Assembly: GCA_016180945.1 (NCBI GenBank)
Contig: JACPAG010000003.1
Location: forward strand, 107,394-171,393
Source: Candidatus Aenigmatarchaeota archaeon
Lineage (GTDB): Archaea > Aenigmatarchaeota > Aenigmatarchaeia > GW2011-AR5
Length of the DNA stretch: 64,000 nt
Direction of reading: 5' to 3'
Shown one piece after another: positions 25,671 through 35,292 of the stretch. Each line of letters opens with the position of its first letter. The stretch's first letter is position 1. The notes beneath the pieces were generated by a model, which saw only the letters and a program-made list of their open reading frames with translations, was not told the origin of the DNA and did not search any database. The position numbers and the translations under genes were made by a program.

Positions 25671-25705
25671 AATATGGCGCTCGACTAACCGGAGGTTAGG
25701 GGAGT
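25671..25705 (+). promoter_or_regulatory. conserved leader cassette upstream of the lrp-like gene
   Basis: AATATGGCGCTCGA + hairpin CTAACC-GGA-GGTTAG + GGGAGT + ATG. Confidence 0.5.
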
Positions 25706-26095
25706 ATGGACGAAACGGATTTTAAAATTATAAACATCCTGAGAAAGGATTCAAGGGAGAGTTTTGTTTATATAGCCAAGGCGCTCGGCGTGACAGAGGG
25801 CACCGTAAGAAACCGCGTCAAAAGGCTTGCCAGGGAAGGCGTGATAAAGGGGTTTACAATCGATTATCAGGCGCCTGTAGAAGGACTTGTTATCTTGAAG
25901 AGCAGTCTGAAAAACAGCAAGGCGTTGCTTGCAAAACTGAAAGAATTTTCGACTAATATATTTGAAATCTCAGGCGAATATGACATAGCCGCAATCGTAG
26001 AAGCGCAGAATATAAAAGAACTGAATAAAAAGGTCGACAGGATAAGGGCGTTGAAAGGCGTGTCGGGCACGAACACGGCAATAAAGCTGCACTGA
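25706..26095 (+). CDS. Lrp/AsnC family transcriptional regulator
   Basis: HTH SFVYIAKALGVTEGTVRNRVKRLAREGVIKGFT plus a C-terminal AsnC-type ligand-binding domain. Heads the lysine gene cluster. Confidence 0.85.
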   Translation: MDETDFKIINILRKDSRESFVYIAKALGVTEGTVRNRVKRLAREGVIKGFTIDYQAPVEGLVILKSSLKNSKALLAKLKEFSTNIFEISGEYDIAAIVEAQNIKELNKKVDRIRALKGVSGTNTAIKLH

Positions 26096-26151
26096 TTATC
26101 CTCATCATCGTGTTAAATACTTTCCTGAAATAAATCCTATGGGGTGGGAGT

Positions 26152-27036
26152 ATGGAACTTAGTGGATGCATAACAGCATTAGTAACGCCCTTTGACAAAA
26201 ATCTCCAGATAGACTATGCCGGCCTAAGAGAAAACGTCCGATTCCAGATAAAAAATGGCGTCTCTGGCTTGGTGCCGCTGGGCACGACTGGCGAATCGCC
26301 TACGGTGACTGACGACGAAAGGGACAAAATTATTTCTGCAGTAGTTGAGGAAACCAATGACAAGGTCCCTGTGATTGTAGGTACAGGTACGAACTCGACG
26401 GAAAAAACGATAAAATATACAAAGCATGCCAAAGAACTGGGCGCAGATGCCGTGCTGATAGTTTCGCCATACTATAACAAACCAACGCAGGAAGGCCTCT
26501 ACAGGCATTTCAAAGCCGTTAGCGATTCAGTGGATATACCGATAATAGTTTACAACATTCAGGGCAGGACGGGCGTAAACATAGAAACGCCAACGCTTCT
26601 GAGGATGAGCGAACTGGAAAATATTGTTGCAGTCAAGGAGGCGTCCGGCAGCATCGCCCAGATGATGGACGTCATCGACCAGCTGGCTGGCTTCACTGTC
26701 CTAAGCGGGGATGACAACATGACGCTGCCGCTGATTGCGGCAGGCGGAAAAGGCATTATTTCTGTTGTCAGCAACCTTCTGCCGCGGCTGGTTTCTGATA
26801 TGGTTGCCGCAGCATTGAAAGGCGACTTCGCTAACGCCAGGGCGCTGCATTACAGGCTGATGCCTATTTTCAAAGGCGCTTTCATAGAAACAAATCCTAT
26901 ACCGATCAAAACAGCCATGCAACTGGCTGGCATGGCCGCAGGGCCGTGCAGATTGCCATTGTGCGAGATGCTTCCGCAGAATCTGGAGAAACTGAAGGGC
27001 GTACTTAAGAAATACGAGGAATTAAAGATAAGTTGA
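26152..27036 (+). CDS. dapA: 4-hydroxy-tetrahydrodipicolinate synthase
   Basis: TALVTPF, GTTGES, YNIQGRTG and VAVKEASG blocks. Confidence 0.9.
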   Translation: MELSGCITALVTPFDKNLQIDYAGLRENVRFQIKNGVSGLVPLGTTGESPTVTDDERDKIISAVVEETNDKVPVIVGTGTNSTEKTIKYTKHAKELGADAVLIVSPYYNKPTQEGLYRHFKAVSDSVDIPIIVYNIQGRTGVNIETPTLLRMSELENIVAVKEASGSIAQMMDVIDQLAGFTVLSGDDNMTLPLIAAGGKGIISVVSNLLPRLVSDMVAAALKGDFANARALHYRLMPIFKGAFIETNPIPIKTAMQLAGMAAGPCRLPLCEMLPQNLEKLKGVLKKYEELKIS

Positions 27037-27150
27037 AAATAGGTATCAAAATAATATGGCAATCAACTTGCGAAGTGTAGCGACCAAACCTTACAAACGA
27101 ATGCCATAAGAATTCGTTACATCGAAGAACCGTTTACGGTTCTTCGAATG

Positions 27151-27186
27151 TAATATGGCGCTCGACTTTGCGGAGCAAAGGGGAGT
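27151..27186 (+). promoter_or_regulatory. conserved leader cassette upstream of dapB
   Basis: TAATATGGCGCTCGA + hairpin CTTTGC-GGA-GCAAAG + GGGGAGT + ATG. Preceded by a hairpin array (27068-27150). Confidence 0.5.
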
Positions 27187-27933
27187 ATGAAGATAGCTAT
27201 CATAGGCTACGGAAAAATGGGGCATGAGATTGAACGGCTTGCAAAGACAAAAGGCATAGAAGTAGCCGCCGTTATAGACCCGACGGACAGCAGCGCTGCT
27301 TTCAAAGAAATAAACAAAGAGGCGTTGTCACAAGCAGACGTTGTCATAGATTTCTCTGTCCCTGATGCTGTAGCAGAGAATGTTCGCCGTGTTTCCAGCC
27401 TCGGCAAGAATATGGTTGTCGGCACGACAGGCTGGTACAACTCTCTTAATGATGTCAAAGACCTCGTTAAGAAAAGCAATATAGGGTTTATTTATAGCCC
27501 GAATTTTTCCATAGGCGTAAACCTGTTTTTCAGGATTGTTGACGAATCCTCGAAGTTGGTAAACAAAATCAGCGACTACGACGTTTTTGTTTACGAAGGG
27601 CATCACAATCAGAAAGCAGATTCGCCTTCCGGCACGGCTAGGGCGCTGGGCGATATAATTCTCAGGAATGTTAAGAGGAAGAAAAGGCTCGTCTTTGACA
27701 AACTGGACAGGAAAATCCTGCCGGAAGAGCTGCACGTTGCAAGCTTCCGCGCCGGCTTTATTCCCGGAACCCATGTCGTAGGTTTTGACAGCGAAGCCGA
27801 CACAATAGAGCTAAAGCATACGGCGAGGAGCAGAGCCGGCTTTGCGCTGGGCGCCCTGCTCGCAGCCCAGTGGCTAAAAGGCAAAACAGGATTTTTCACC
27901 ATGGATGATTTCATAAGCGATTTTTTCAAGTAG
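27187..27933 (+). CDS. dapB: 4-hydroxy-tetrahydrodipicolinate reductase
   Basis: KIAIIGYGKMG Rossmann start and EGHHNQKADSPSGTA signature. Confidence 0.9.
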   Translation: MKIAIIGYGKMGHEIERLAKTKGIEVAAVIDPTDSSAAFKEINKEALSQADVVIDFSVPDAVAENVRRVSSLGKNMVVGTTGWYNSLNDVKDLVKKSNIGFIYSPNFSIGVNLFFRIVDESSKLVNKISDYDVFVYEGHHNQKADSPSGTARALGDIILRNVKRKKRLVFDKLDRKILPEELHVASFRAGFIPGTHVVGFDSEADTIELKHTARSRAGFALGALLAAQWLKGKTGFFTMDDFISDFFK

Positions 27934-27967
27934 CAATCCTTTGGATGTATCAGAGGGAGAGGGGATT

Positions 27968-29284
27968 ATGATAGTAATGAAATTTGGCGGCACTTCTGTT
28001 GGCGACGCAGAGAGAATTAAAACCGTTGCCGAAATTGTTAAATCACAAATTGACAGAGACCCTGTAGTCGTTGTCTCCGCCTTTAGCGGCGTTACCGACG
28101 GCCTTATAAGACTGGCAAATGACGCAGTAAATAAAAACTCTAGTCTGGAAGAAATAAGAAATAGGCATTTTGATGTCATGAAAGACCTTGGGCTCGACGC
28201 ATCTTTGATACGGCACGAACTGGAAGAACTGGAAATTATAATCAGGGGTATTTCGCTCCTGAAAGAGCTTACGCCAAGAAGTCTTGATCTGGCCATATCC
28301 TTTGGCGAGCGGATGTCGTCTAAAATACTTGCAGCGTACATGTCTAAACTGGGTTTGGATGCAAAGCCGTACAATGCATACGACATCGGCTTTGTCACGG
28401 ATTCCAATTTCGGCAACGCTGAAATACTGGAAGAAACAGAAACTAACATACGAGAATTTTTCAATAACGTCAAGAGTCCTGTGACCGTGGTTGCCGGTTT
28501 CATAGCAAAAGACAAGCAGGGAGAAATAACGACCCTGGGAAGAGGCGGCAGCGATTATACAGCTTCCGTAATAGGCGCTGCTCTCGATGCAGAAGAAGTG
28601 CAGATATGGACAGATGCAGACGGAATAATGACAGCAGACCCGAAAATTGTTAAGGGCGCAAAAACCATCGATTATGTCTCTTATGACGAGGCTTCGGAGC
28701 TTGCATTTCTCGGCGCAAAAGTCCTGCACCCGAAAACCATACTGCCTGCCGTAAAGAAAAACATACCTGTTAAAACATTGAACACCTACAACCCAACGCA
28801 TAGAGGAACGACTATTTTGGAAAAGGTAGATAAGCAAAGCGGCATAATCTCAATAGCGTCCAAGAAGAACATTAAGGTCATAAATATCCGCTCCCCAAAA
28901 ATGTTTCTTGCGTACGGCTTTATAGCAAGAATATTCGATATCTTTGCCAATCTAAGAATACCTGTTGACTTGGTTTCAACATCAGAAGTGAACATCTCTG
29001 TTACAATCGATGGAAAATACGATACCGAAAGGCTGGTAGAAGAATTGAGAAGGCTTGGCGATGTCGAGATTAGAAATAACAGGGCAAGCATTTCAGTAGT
29101 GGCAACAAGGCTTGCTTCCACCCCGGGCATAGCTGGAAAGGTATTCTCATCTTTGGGAGATAACAAAATAAACGTAGAGATGATATCTTCAGGGGCCTCG
29201 AAAATAAACGAAAGCTTCGTTGTGAAGGAAGAGGACGCGGACGACGCCGTAAGGATACTTCATGAGGCGTTCTTTGGTGAGTGA
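27968..29284 (+). CDS. lysC: aspartate kinase
   Basis: VMKFGGTSVGD, GRGGSDYTAS and C-terminal ACT repeats. The ATG at 27968 is preceded by GAGGGAGAGGGGATT. Confidence 0.9.
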   Translation: MIVMKFGGTSVGDAERIKTVAEIVKSQIDRDPVVVVSAFSGVTDGLIRLANDAVNKNSSLEEIRNRHFDVMKDLGLDASLIRHELEELEIIIRGISLLKELTPRSLDLAISFGERMSSKILAAYMSKLGLDAKPYNAYDIGFVTDSNFGNAEILEETETNIREFFNNVKSPVTVVAGFIAKDKQGEITTLGRGGSDYTASVIGAALDAEEVQIWTDADGIMTADPKIVKGAKTIDYVSYDEASELAFLGAKVLHPKTILPAVKKNIPVKTLNTYNPTHRGTTILEKVDKQSGIISIASKKNIKVINIRSPKMFLAYGFIARIFDIFANLRIPVDLVSTSEVNISVTIDGKYDTERLVEELRRLGDVEIRNNRASISVVATRLASTPGIAGKVFSSLGDNKINVEMISSGASKINESFVVKEEDADDAVRILHEAFFGE

Positions 29285-30349
29285 ATGATTCCCGTAGGCA
29301 TACTTGGCGCAACCGGCATGGTTGGCCAGCGTTTTGTACAACTATTAGAAAACCATCCCTGGTTCGAAGTTAAACATGTAATCGCCAGCCCGGCGTCGGC
29401 AGGGAAAAGCTACAAAGATGCGGTAGCAGGGAGATGGCATATGCCGAAAGATATGCCCGAAGACGTGAAAGACCTTATTGTTCGGCCAGTAGATGATGTC
29501 AAAGGGGCTGGAAAGAACTGCCGGTTTGTATTTTCTGCCCTTGATTCAGACATAGCCAAGGACTGGGAAGAAAAGTATGCAGAGGCAGGCATTCCTGTGG
29601 TTTCCAATTCGTCCGCGCATAGACATACAGACGACGTGCCCATGCTTATTCCCGAGATAAATCACAATCACACTGATATGATACCCATTCAGAAGAAAAA
29701 CCGAGGCTGGCAAGGATTTATTGTCGTGAAACCGAACTGCTCGCTGCAAAGCTATATGACCCCTCTATTCGCGCTGCACAGGAAATTTCAGTTAAAGAAA
29801 GCCGTAATCACCACCATGCAGTCCGTGTCCGGTGCAGGCCATCCCGGCGTTTCATCGTTTGATATAATAGACAACATAATCCCTTACATAAGCGGCGAAG
29901 AACTGAAATCCGAGGTCGAACCGAAAAAAATTCTGGGAAGAATAGAAGGTAGTAAGTTTGTCCATGATAATTCATTCGAGATATCGGCGCACTGCAATAG
30001 GGTAGGAACTGTGGACGGTCATATGGCGTGCGTTTCCGTTGAATTCGAAACCAGGCCTGAAAGGGAAGAAATCCTGAAAATCTGGAAAGAATTCAGGAGC
30101 CTGCCGCAGCAGCTGAAGTTGCCTTCTGCGCCCGAGCAGCCGATAATTTATCGTGAAGAAGAAAACAGGCCGCAGACGCGGCTTGACAGGGATGCGGGCA
30201 AAGGCATGGCCGTGACAGTCGGTAGATTAAGGGAATGCAACGTTCTCCAGTGGAGGTTTGCCGGGCTTAGCCACAACACCATACGCGGGGCAGCAGGCGG
30301 CGGTATATTAAACGCAGAACTGCTTAAAGCAAAAGGATATTTGAATTGA
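29285..30349 (+). CDS. asd: aspartate-semialdehyde dehydrogenase
   Basis: GILGATGMVGQ, active-site Cys context KPNCSLQS and GAAGGGILNAE. Confidence 0.9.
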   Translation: MIPVGILGATGMVGQRFVQLLENHPWFEVKHVIASPASAGKSYKDAVAGRWHMPKDMPEDVKDLIVRPVDDVKGAGKNCRFVFSALDSDIAKDWEEKYAEAGIPVVSNSSAHRHTDDVPMLIPEINHNHTDMIPIQKKNRGWQGFIVVKPNCSLQSYMTPLFALHRKFQLKKAVITTMQSVSGAGHPGVSSFDIIDNIIPYISGEELKSEVEPKKILGRIEGSKFVHDNSFEISAHCNRVGTVDGHMACVSVEFETRPEREEILKIWKEFRSLPQQLKLPSAPEQPIIYREEENRPQTRLDRDAGKGMAVTVGRLRECNVLQWRFAGLSHNTIRGAAGGGILNAELLKAKGYLN

Positions 30350-30382
30350 AACATTTTTTATCACTGCAGAGTGTGAATCATA

Positions 30383-31555
30383 ATGACAAAATATTTTCGT
30401 TCCGGTAGATTGAAACAAATCCCTCCTTATCTATTCGCAGAAATTAGCAGGAAGATTGCCCGGGCAAGGAAATCCGGCATTGATGTCATTAGCCTTGGCA
30501 TCGGCGACCCGGACATGCCGACGCCGAAGCACATTATTGCGGAGCTGGAGAGGGCTGCAAACGACCCAAAGAATCACCGGTACCCTGATTACGAAGGCCT
30601 GCTTTCCTTCCGCCAGGCAGTCTCTGACTGGTACAAGAAAAGGCACAACGTTTCTCTAGACGCTGCCCGTGAAGTTCTTGCTTTGATCGGCTCGAAAGAA
30701 GGCAGCCTTCATTTATCGCTTGCGTTTATTAATCCAGGCGACTATGCGCTTGTTCCGAATCCCTCTTATACGACTTACAGGACAGCCACAATACTGGCAA
30801 ACGGTTTTGTTCATGACATGCCTTTGGTCGAAGACAATGATTTTCTTCCGCAGCTTGATGACGTGCCTAAAGAAATTGCAGAGAAGACAAAGATTCTGTA
30901 CGTCAGCTATCCTAATAATCCCACAACCGCAGTTGCGGAAAAGGAATTTTACAAAGCCGTCATAGACTTTGCAAGGGACAATAACATTATCGTCTGCTCT
31001 GACAACCCGTACAGCGAAATCGCATTCGACGGCTACAGGCCCCTGAGCTTTTTAGAGGTCGAAGGAGCAAAAGATGTCGGCGTTGAGTTCAATTCCCTTT
31101 CAAAACCGTACAACATGACCGGCTGGCGCATCGGAATGGCCGTAGGCAACGAAGAAATAATATCGGCCATCGCTACAGTCAAGAATAACGTCGACTCCGG
31201 CGTCTTTAACGCAGTCCAGTATGCCGGAATAACTGCACTGCTTAATACGCCTGAATCTGACATAGCGGCGCTGAACAGCGTTTACCAGAGAAGGCGCGAC
31301 CTCGCTTATGAAACGCTTACAAGCGTCGGCATAAAAGCCAGAAAACCAAAGGCGACATTCTATATGTGGTGCAGAGTCCCTGAGAACCATACAAGCGCCA
31401 GCTTTGCAACGCTCATGCTTGAAAAGGCAGGCGTTGTTGTTACGCCGGGCAGCGCTTACGGCATCCACGGCGAAGGATACTTCCGCATCTCGCTGACCGT
31501 GCCGGATGCAAGGTTAGAAGAAGCGATGGCAAGGATAAAAAAAACAATGGCGTAA
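30383..31555 (+). CDS. dapL: LL-diaminopimelate aminotransferase (DapL-type class I aminotransferase)
   Basis: IPPYLFAEI, SLGIGDPDMPTP and PLP-Lys context NSLSKPYNMTGWRIG. Sits between asd and dapF. No dapD/dapE-type genes are seen in the window. Confidence 0.7.
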   Translation: MTKYFRSGRLKQIPPYLFAEISRKIARARKSGIDVISLGIGDPDMPTPKHIIAELERAANDPKNHRYPDYEGLLSFRQAVSDWYKKRHNVSLDAAREVLALIGSKEGSLHLSLAFINPGDYALVPNPSYTTYRTATILANGFVHDMPLVEDNDFLPQLDDVPKEIAEKTKILYVSYPNNPTTAVAEKEFYKAVIDFARDNNIIVCSDNPYSEIAFDGYRPLSFLEVEGAKDVGVEFNSLSKPYNMTGWRIGMAVGNEEIISAIATVKNNVDSGVFNAVQYAGITALLNTPESDIAALNSVYQRRRDLAYETLTSVGIKARKPKATFYMWCRVPENHTSASFATLMLEKAGVVVTPGSAYGIHGEGYFRISLTVPDARLEEAMARIKKTMA

Positions 31556-31589
31556 AAAGAAGTATTGACAGTACCCTTTAGTCCATATC

Positions 31590-31877
31590 ATCTAAGAAGA
31601 CATTGAAAACTCCTACCTTTAGGTAGGAGATGCAAGCAAAAGCAAAGCTTTTGCTGCACAGAAAGACCTGAAGGGTCTTTCTTGTGAAATACAATGCAAG
31701 CAGAAAGCAAAGCTTTCTGATGCTACAGAAAACAAGGTTTTCTGTATGTCTTCTGGATCCCATCTTCTCACACAAGAAGGAACCGTGTTCCTTCTGTGCA
31801 GACAACGAAGAACCTTTTGTTCTTCGATGTCTTGCAAACCACCGACTTTAGTCGGTGGTATACAAAGAAGATGTGAT
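31590..31877 (+). repeat. family-A element, copy 3 (expanded, 288 nt)
   Basis: Same frame as the other copies, plus seven additional perfect hairpins: five inside helix 1 and two inside helix 2. Confidence 0.8.
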
Positions 31878-31910
31878 AACCTTTAATATTTTAACATTTA
31901 TTTTGAGAGC

Positions 31911-32732
31911 ATGGATATTCAAATCACAAAAATGCACGGCATAGGCAACAGCTATGTGATTATAGAAGATATCGATAGGGCATTGGAACCGAAATATACT
32001 GCATTGGCAAAACTGATTTCTGACAAAAATTTTGGTATCGGCTCTGACGGGATTCTTGTTGTAAACAAAGGCAGGCTGGCAAAATACTGGATGCGTGTTT
32101 TTAATCCGGACGGTTCCGAGGCCGAGAAGAGCGGCAATGGCATCAGGATGTTTGCACGGTATCTCTATGACAAAAAATTAATCAGCAACGAATCCGATAT
32201 AGAGGTCGGTGGCCGCCACGGCGGGCAGATTGTACGGCCGAGGATAACCAGCGATAAGTCCGTAACAGTCAATATGGGAAAAGGCGAAATACTGGAAAAG
32301 GAGATCATAGTAGTAGAGGAAATGGAGTTCAATGGTATTCGCGTCTCTGTCGGCAACCCGCATTTTGTCATATTTGCAAAAAATGAAAAAGAAGCCGATG
32401 CCTATGCAAAAAAGTACGGCTCCGCAATCGAGAATCATGGTGCATTCAGTCCTGCAAGAACCAACGTAGAATTTGTATCAGTTCCGGATAAAAGGAAAAT
32501 TTTCGTGAGTGTATGGGAAAGAGGAGCCGGATTAACGCTTTCATCGGGAACCGGCTCCTGCGCGGCAGCTTTTGCAGCGTTTAAAGAAAATAGAATAGAA
32601 AACAAAGTAACCGTCAAGCTTGCAGGCGGCGATCTTATGATAGAAATTAGAAACGATGATTCTGTTTTGATGACGGGGCCGGCAGAATACATTTTTTCCG
32701 GCGCCGTTGATTTGGATAAATTGCTGAAGTGA
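31911..32732 (+). CDS. dapF: diaminopimelate epimerase
   Basis: HGIGNSYV, NPDGSEAEKSGNGIR, VGNPHFV and SGTGSCAAA (the two catalytic Cys contexts). Confidence 0.9.
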   Translation: MDIQITKMHGIGNSYVIIEDIDRALEPKYTALAKLISDKNFGIGSDGILVVNKGRLAKYWMRVFNPDGSEAEKSGNGIRMFARYLYDKKLISNESDIEVGGRHGGQIVRPRITSDKSVTVNMGKGEILEKEIIVVEEMEFNGIRVSVGNPHFVIFAKNEKEADAYAKKYGSAIENHGAFSPARTNVEFVSVPDKRKIFVSVWERGAGLTLSSGTGSCAAAFAAFKENRIENKVTVKLAGGDLMIEIRNDDSVLMTGPAEYIFSGAVDLDKLLK

Positions 32733-32767
32733 ATGGTTCTGATGGTGAGAAACCGCAGGTGTCTTAT

Positions 32768-33985
32768 ATGTGGTGGGAGAGTCCAGGGCATCTTGATGTG
32801 AAGAACGGCCGGCTTTACATAGCCGGCATGTCCGCCATTGACATAGCCAACAAATTCAAAACGCCATTGTATGTTTATGATGGAAATCGTATCATGGATA
32901 TTTACAGAAAATTCTACAGTACAGTAAAGAAGCATACAGATTTAGAAGTCCGTCTGCATTATGCAATGAAAACCAATTCGAACAGAAAAATCCTTCAACT
33001 GCTTCTTAAAGAAGGCGCGTGGATAGACGCCGTTTCGCCGGAAGAGTGCAAAGCGGCTTTGGAAGCCGGCTTCCTGAAAGAAAAAATACTGTTCACAGGC
33101 ACTAGTGTTAGCAGCGAGGACATGAAACAGCTCGTCGGCATGGATGTAAGAATTAATATCGATTCATTGTCGCAGCTAAAGAGACTCGGTAAAATAACAA
33201 CAGATGCGGAAATCTCGCTGCGAATGGACCCCGGCATAGCCGGAGCCGGCCACAGCTGGCGGACAATGACAGCCGGCAAAGAGTCGCATGGCGTGCCGAT
33301 AAAATTTTCTATCCCCGAAAACCAAATAGTGGAAGCTGCAAAGCTAGCAAAGGATTACGGCTTTAACGTAGTAGGCCTCCACGAACACATAGGCTCTGGA
33401 TGGCGTACCAGTGAAGAGGTAAACGAGTTTCTGCAAACAGTTGATATAGTATTGGACAAAGCAAAGCAGATAAGCGAGTTCTGCAATTTAGAGTTCATAA
33501 ACTTCGGCGGCGGGCCCGGCGTTAGGTACCAGGAAAACCATCCGGAATTTCCTTTAGAAAGATATGCAGAGGAAACATGCAGAAAAGTAAAAGAGTCTGG
33601 AGTTGAAATAAATGCGTTATGTTTCGAGCCCGGACGATATATTGTTGCTGATTCAGGTCTGCTGTTAGTCGAAGTAGTCGACGTAAAGGAAAGATACGGC
33701 GACATCATAGCCGGCGTCAACAGCGGCTTCAACCATCTTATTCGTCCCGTAATGTACGGCTCTTACCACGAGATAATAAACTGCTCTAAAGCGGACGCAA
33801 AACCAGAAGCAGAAGTAACGGTAGCCGGAAACCTATGCGAAACCGGCGACGTATTCGCAGCAAAAAGGATGATGCCGATGCCGGAAGAAGGCGACGTTCT
33901 TGCCATACACAGCGCAGGCGCATACGGTTTTACGATGGCATCGCGATACAATATGCGAAGCCTGCCGAAGGAAGTTTTGTTGTAA
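32768..33985 (+). CDS. lysA: diaminopimelate decarboxylase
   Basis: HYAMKTNSN (PLP Lys), HEHIGSG and EPGRYIVADSG. The ATG at 32768 follows the shared leader GAGAAACCGCAGGTGTCTTAT. Confidence 0.9.
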   Translation: MWWESPGHLDVKNGRLYIAGMSAIDIANKFKTPLYVYDGNRIMDIYRKFYSTVKKHTDLEVRLHYAMKTNSNRKILQLLLKEGAWIDAVSPEECKAALEAGFLKEKILFTGTSVSSEDMKQLVGMDVRINIDSLSQLKRLGKITTDAEISLRMDPGIAGAGHSWRTMTAGKESHGVPIKFSIPENQIVEAAKLAKDYGFNVVGLHEHIGSGWRTSEEVNEFLQTVDIVLDKAKQISEFCNLEFINFGGGPGVRYQENHPEFPLERYAEETCRKVKESGVEINALCFEPGRYIVADSGLLLVEVVDVKERYGDIIAGVNSGFNHLIRPVMYGSYHEIINCSKADAKPEAEVTVAGNLCETGDVFAAKRMMPMPEEGDVLAIHSAGAYGFTMASRYNMRSLPKEVLL

Positions 33986-33998
33986 GGATAAATTATTT

Positions 33999-35288
33999 TT
34001 ATTCTTCTATTCTCAGGTAAACAGGCTTCCCATGAACACCATCGCATGTAGCTAATTCTCTCATCGCCTCTTTTACAAAACTATCATTTGTCGGCTCTAT
34101 AGTTATAATGTCAGGAATTACAGTCTTACCATCACCGTCCTCATATCCAAATGTGCGTCTCTGAAGAGAATCCATTACATTTATTCCATGACGGCCTAAG
34201 ATATCAAAAACTTTCGCTGCAGTTCCAGGAACGTGTTCCAGACTTGCTCTTATATACCCGCCACTTACAGGGTTCTGAACTAATTCAACGTGCCCGTCCA
34301 GAGTAGGCAAATCATCACGAACATCAGTTCTAAGATTTCTTGCAAGGCGTCTGATATCCGCAACTACGGCACTTGTCGTAGGATATCGCCCGGCTCCTCT
34401 TCCATAGTACAATTGAGGGCCGCACAAATCGCCTTCGAGATAAATTGCATTGAATTCGTCTCTTACTCCTGATAATGGATGAGGGCCTGATGGATGAGAA
34501 GTACCTCTTATTAGAGCAGGGTTCACCCTTACTTCCAGCTTGCCGTCATGAGTTCTGGCGGTTGCCAGCAATTTAATCGTATAGCCAACATCGCCTGCGT
34601 AATCAAAATCCTGCGGAGTTATTTCTGGTATACCCTCACACGATATGGAAGCCGGATTAATCCACGCATTCCATGCCAGAGATGAAAGTATTGCCAGCTT
34701 GTATCTTGCATCCTCCCCGCTTACATCCGAAGTAGGGTCCGTTTCAGCGAAACCTTTTTGCTGCGCTATCTCCAATGCATCCTCATATTTCATGCCTTCG
34801 CCCATTCTTGTCAGGATATAGTTTGTTGTGCCATTCACTATTCCCCTAATCACAGAGATTTTGTTTCCAGCAAGGTCTTCCCTTAATGTCTGAACTATAG
34901 GTATGCCGCCGCCAACCGACGCCTCAAAGCCGACATCAACGCCTTTTCTCCTTGCTGCTTCAAAGATTTGCGGTGCATACCTAGCTATAACAAGCTTGTT
35001 GGCTGTGACGAGAGATTTTCCTTTTTCTATAGCTTCCATGTGGTATTCTAAGGCTTGTTCTCCACCGACAAGCTCTACGAGTATCTGCACATCAGGGTCT
35101 CTTATTACCCTGTAAGCATCGTCTGTAACATACGGAACGGAGGTGTCTCTTGGTTTTGACAGGTCCTTAACAGCGGCGCCTACCAAACGCAAACCTCCGG
35201 AATCGCCGTGCTTATGCAGATATTCTGCTACCCCGCCCCCGACATTCCCAAGACCGAGCAAACCGACACCTATAGGCGAACCTGTCAT
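33999..35288 (-). CDS. hom: homoserine dehydrogenase with C-terminal ACT domain
   Basis: GLLGLGNVGGGV NAD-binding start, a central homoserine dehydrogenase catalytic region and an ACT-like tail. Confidence 0.85.
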   Translation of the reverse strand: MTGSPIGVGLLGLGNVGGGVAEYLHKHGDSGGLRLVGAAVKDLSKPRDTSVPYVTDDAYRVIRDPDVQILVELVGGEQALEYHMEAIEKGKSLVTANKLVIARYAPQIFEAARRKGVDVGFEASVGGGIPIVQTLREDLAGNKISVIRGIVNGTTNYILTRMGEGMKYEDALEIAQQKGFAETDPTSDVSGEDARYKLAILSSLAWNAWINPASISCEGIPEITPQDFDYAGDVGYTIKLLATARTHDGKLEVRVNPALIRGTSHPSGPHPLSGVRDEFNAIYLEGDLCGPQLYYGRGAGRYPTTSAVVADIRRLARNLRTDVRDDLPTLDGHVELVQNPVSGGYIRASLEHVPGTAAKVFDILGRHGINVMDSLQRRTFGYEDGDGKTVIPDIITIEPTNDSFVKEAMRELATCDGVHGKPVYLRIEE

Positions 35289-35292
35289 AATC

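Noticed and set aside
25288-25705. Possible structured RNA gene (SRP RNA or RNase P) in the 25.3-25.7 kb gap
   Set aside because: I could not recognise conserved SRP or RNase P sequence blocks by eye. The region holds an 89-aa ORF of uncertain status instead. A covariance-model scan would be needed to settle this.
27207-29312. Long antisense or off-frame ORFs within dapB/lysC (for example 27328..27774, 27874..28515, 28043..28837, 28786..29166)
   Set aside because: They overlap strongly supported biosynthetic genes on the other strand or frame. Their composition is typical of antisense reading and no motifs are present. The same reasoning applies to the many shadow ORFs inside gatA, gatB, lysS, the integrase, the GT39-like genes and the T2SS-F genes (for example 61383..62015, 62191..62748).
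31578-31837. ORFs inside family-A elements (31578..31805, 31619..31837, 46813..47007, 59771..60010)
   Set aside because: The frames are not conserved between element copies. They lie on different strands and are interrupted by the variable hairpin cargo, so they are read-through of structured repeats, not genes.
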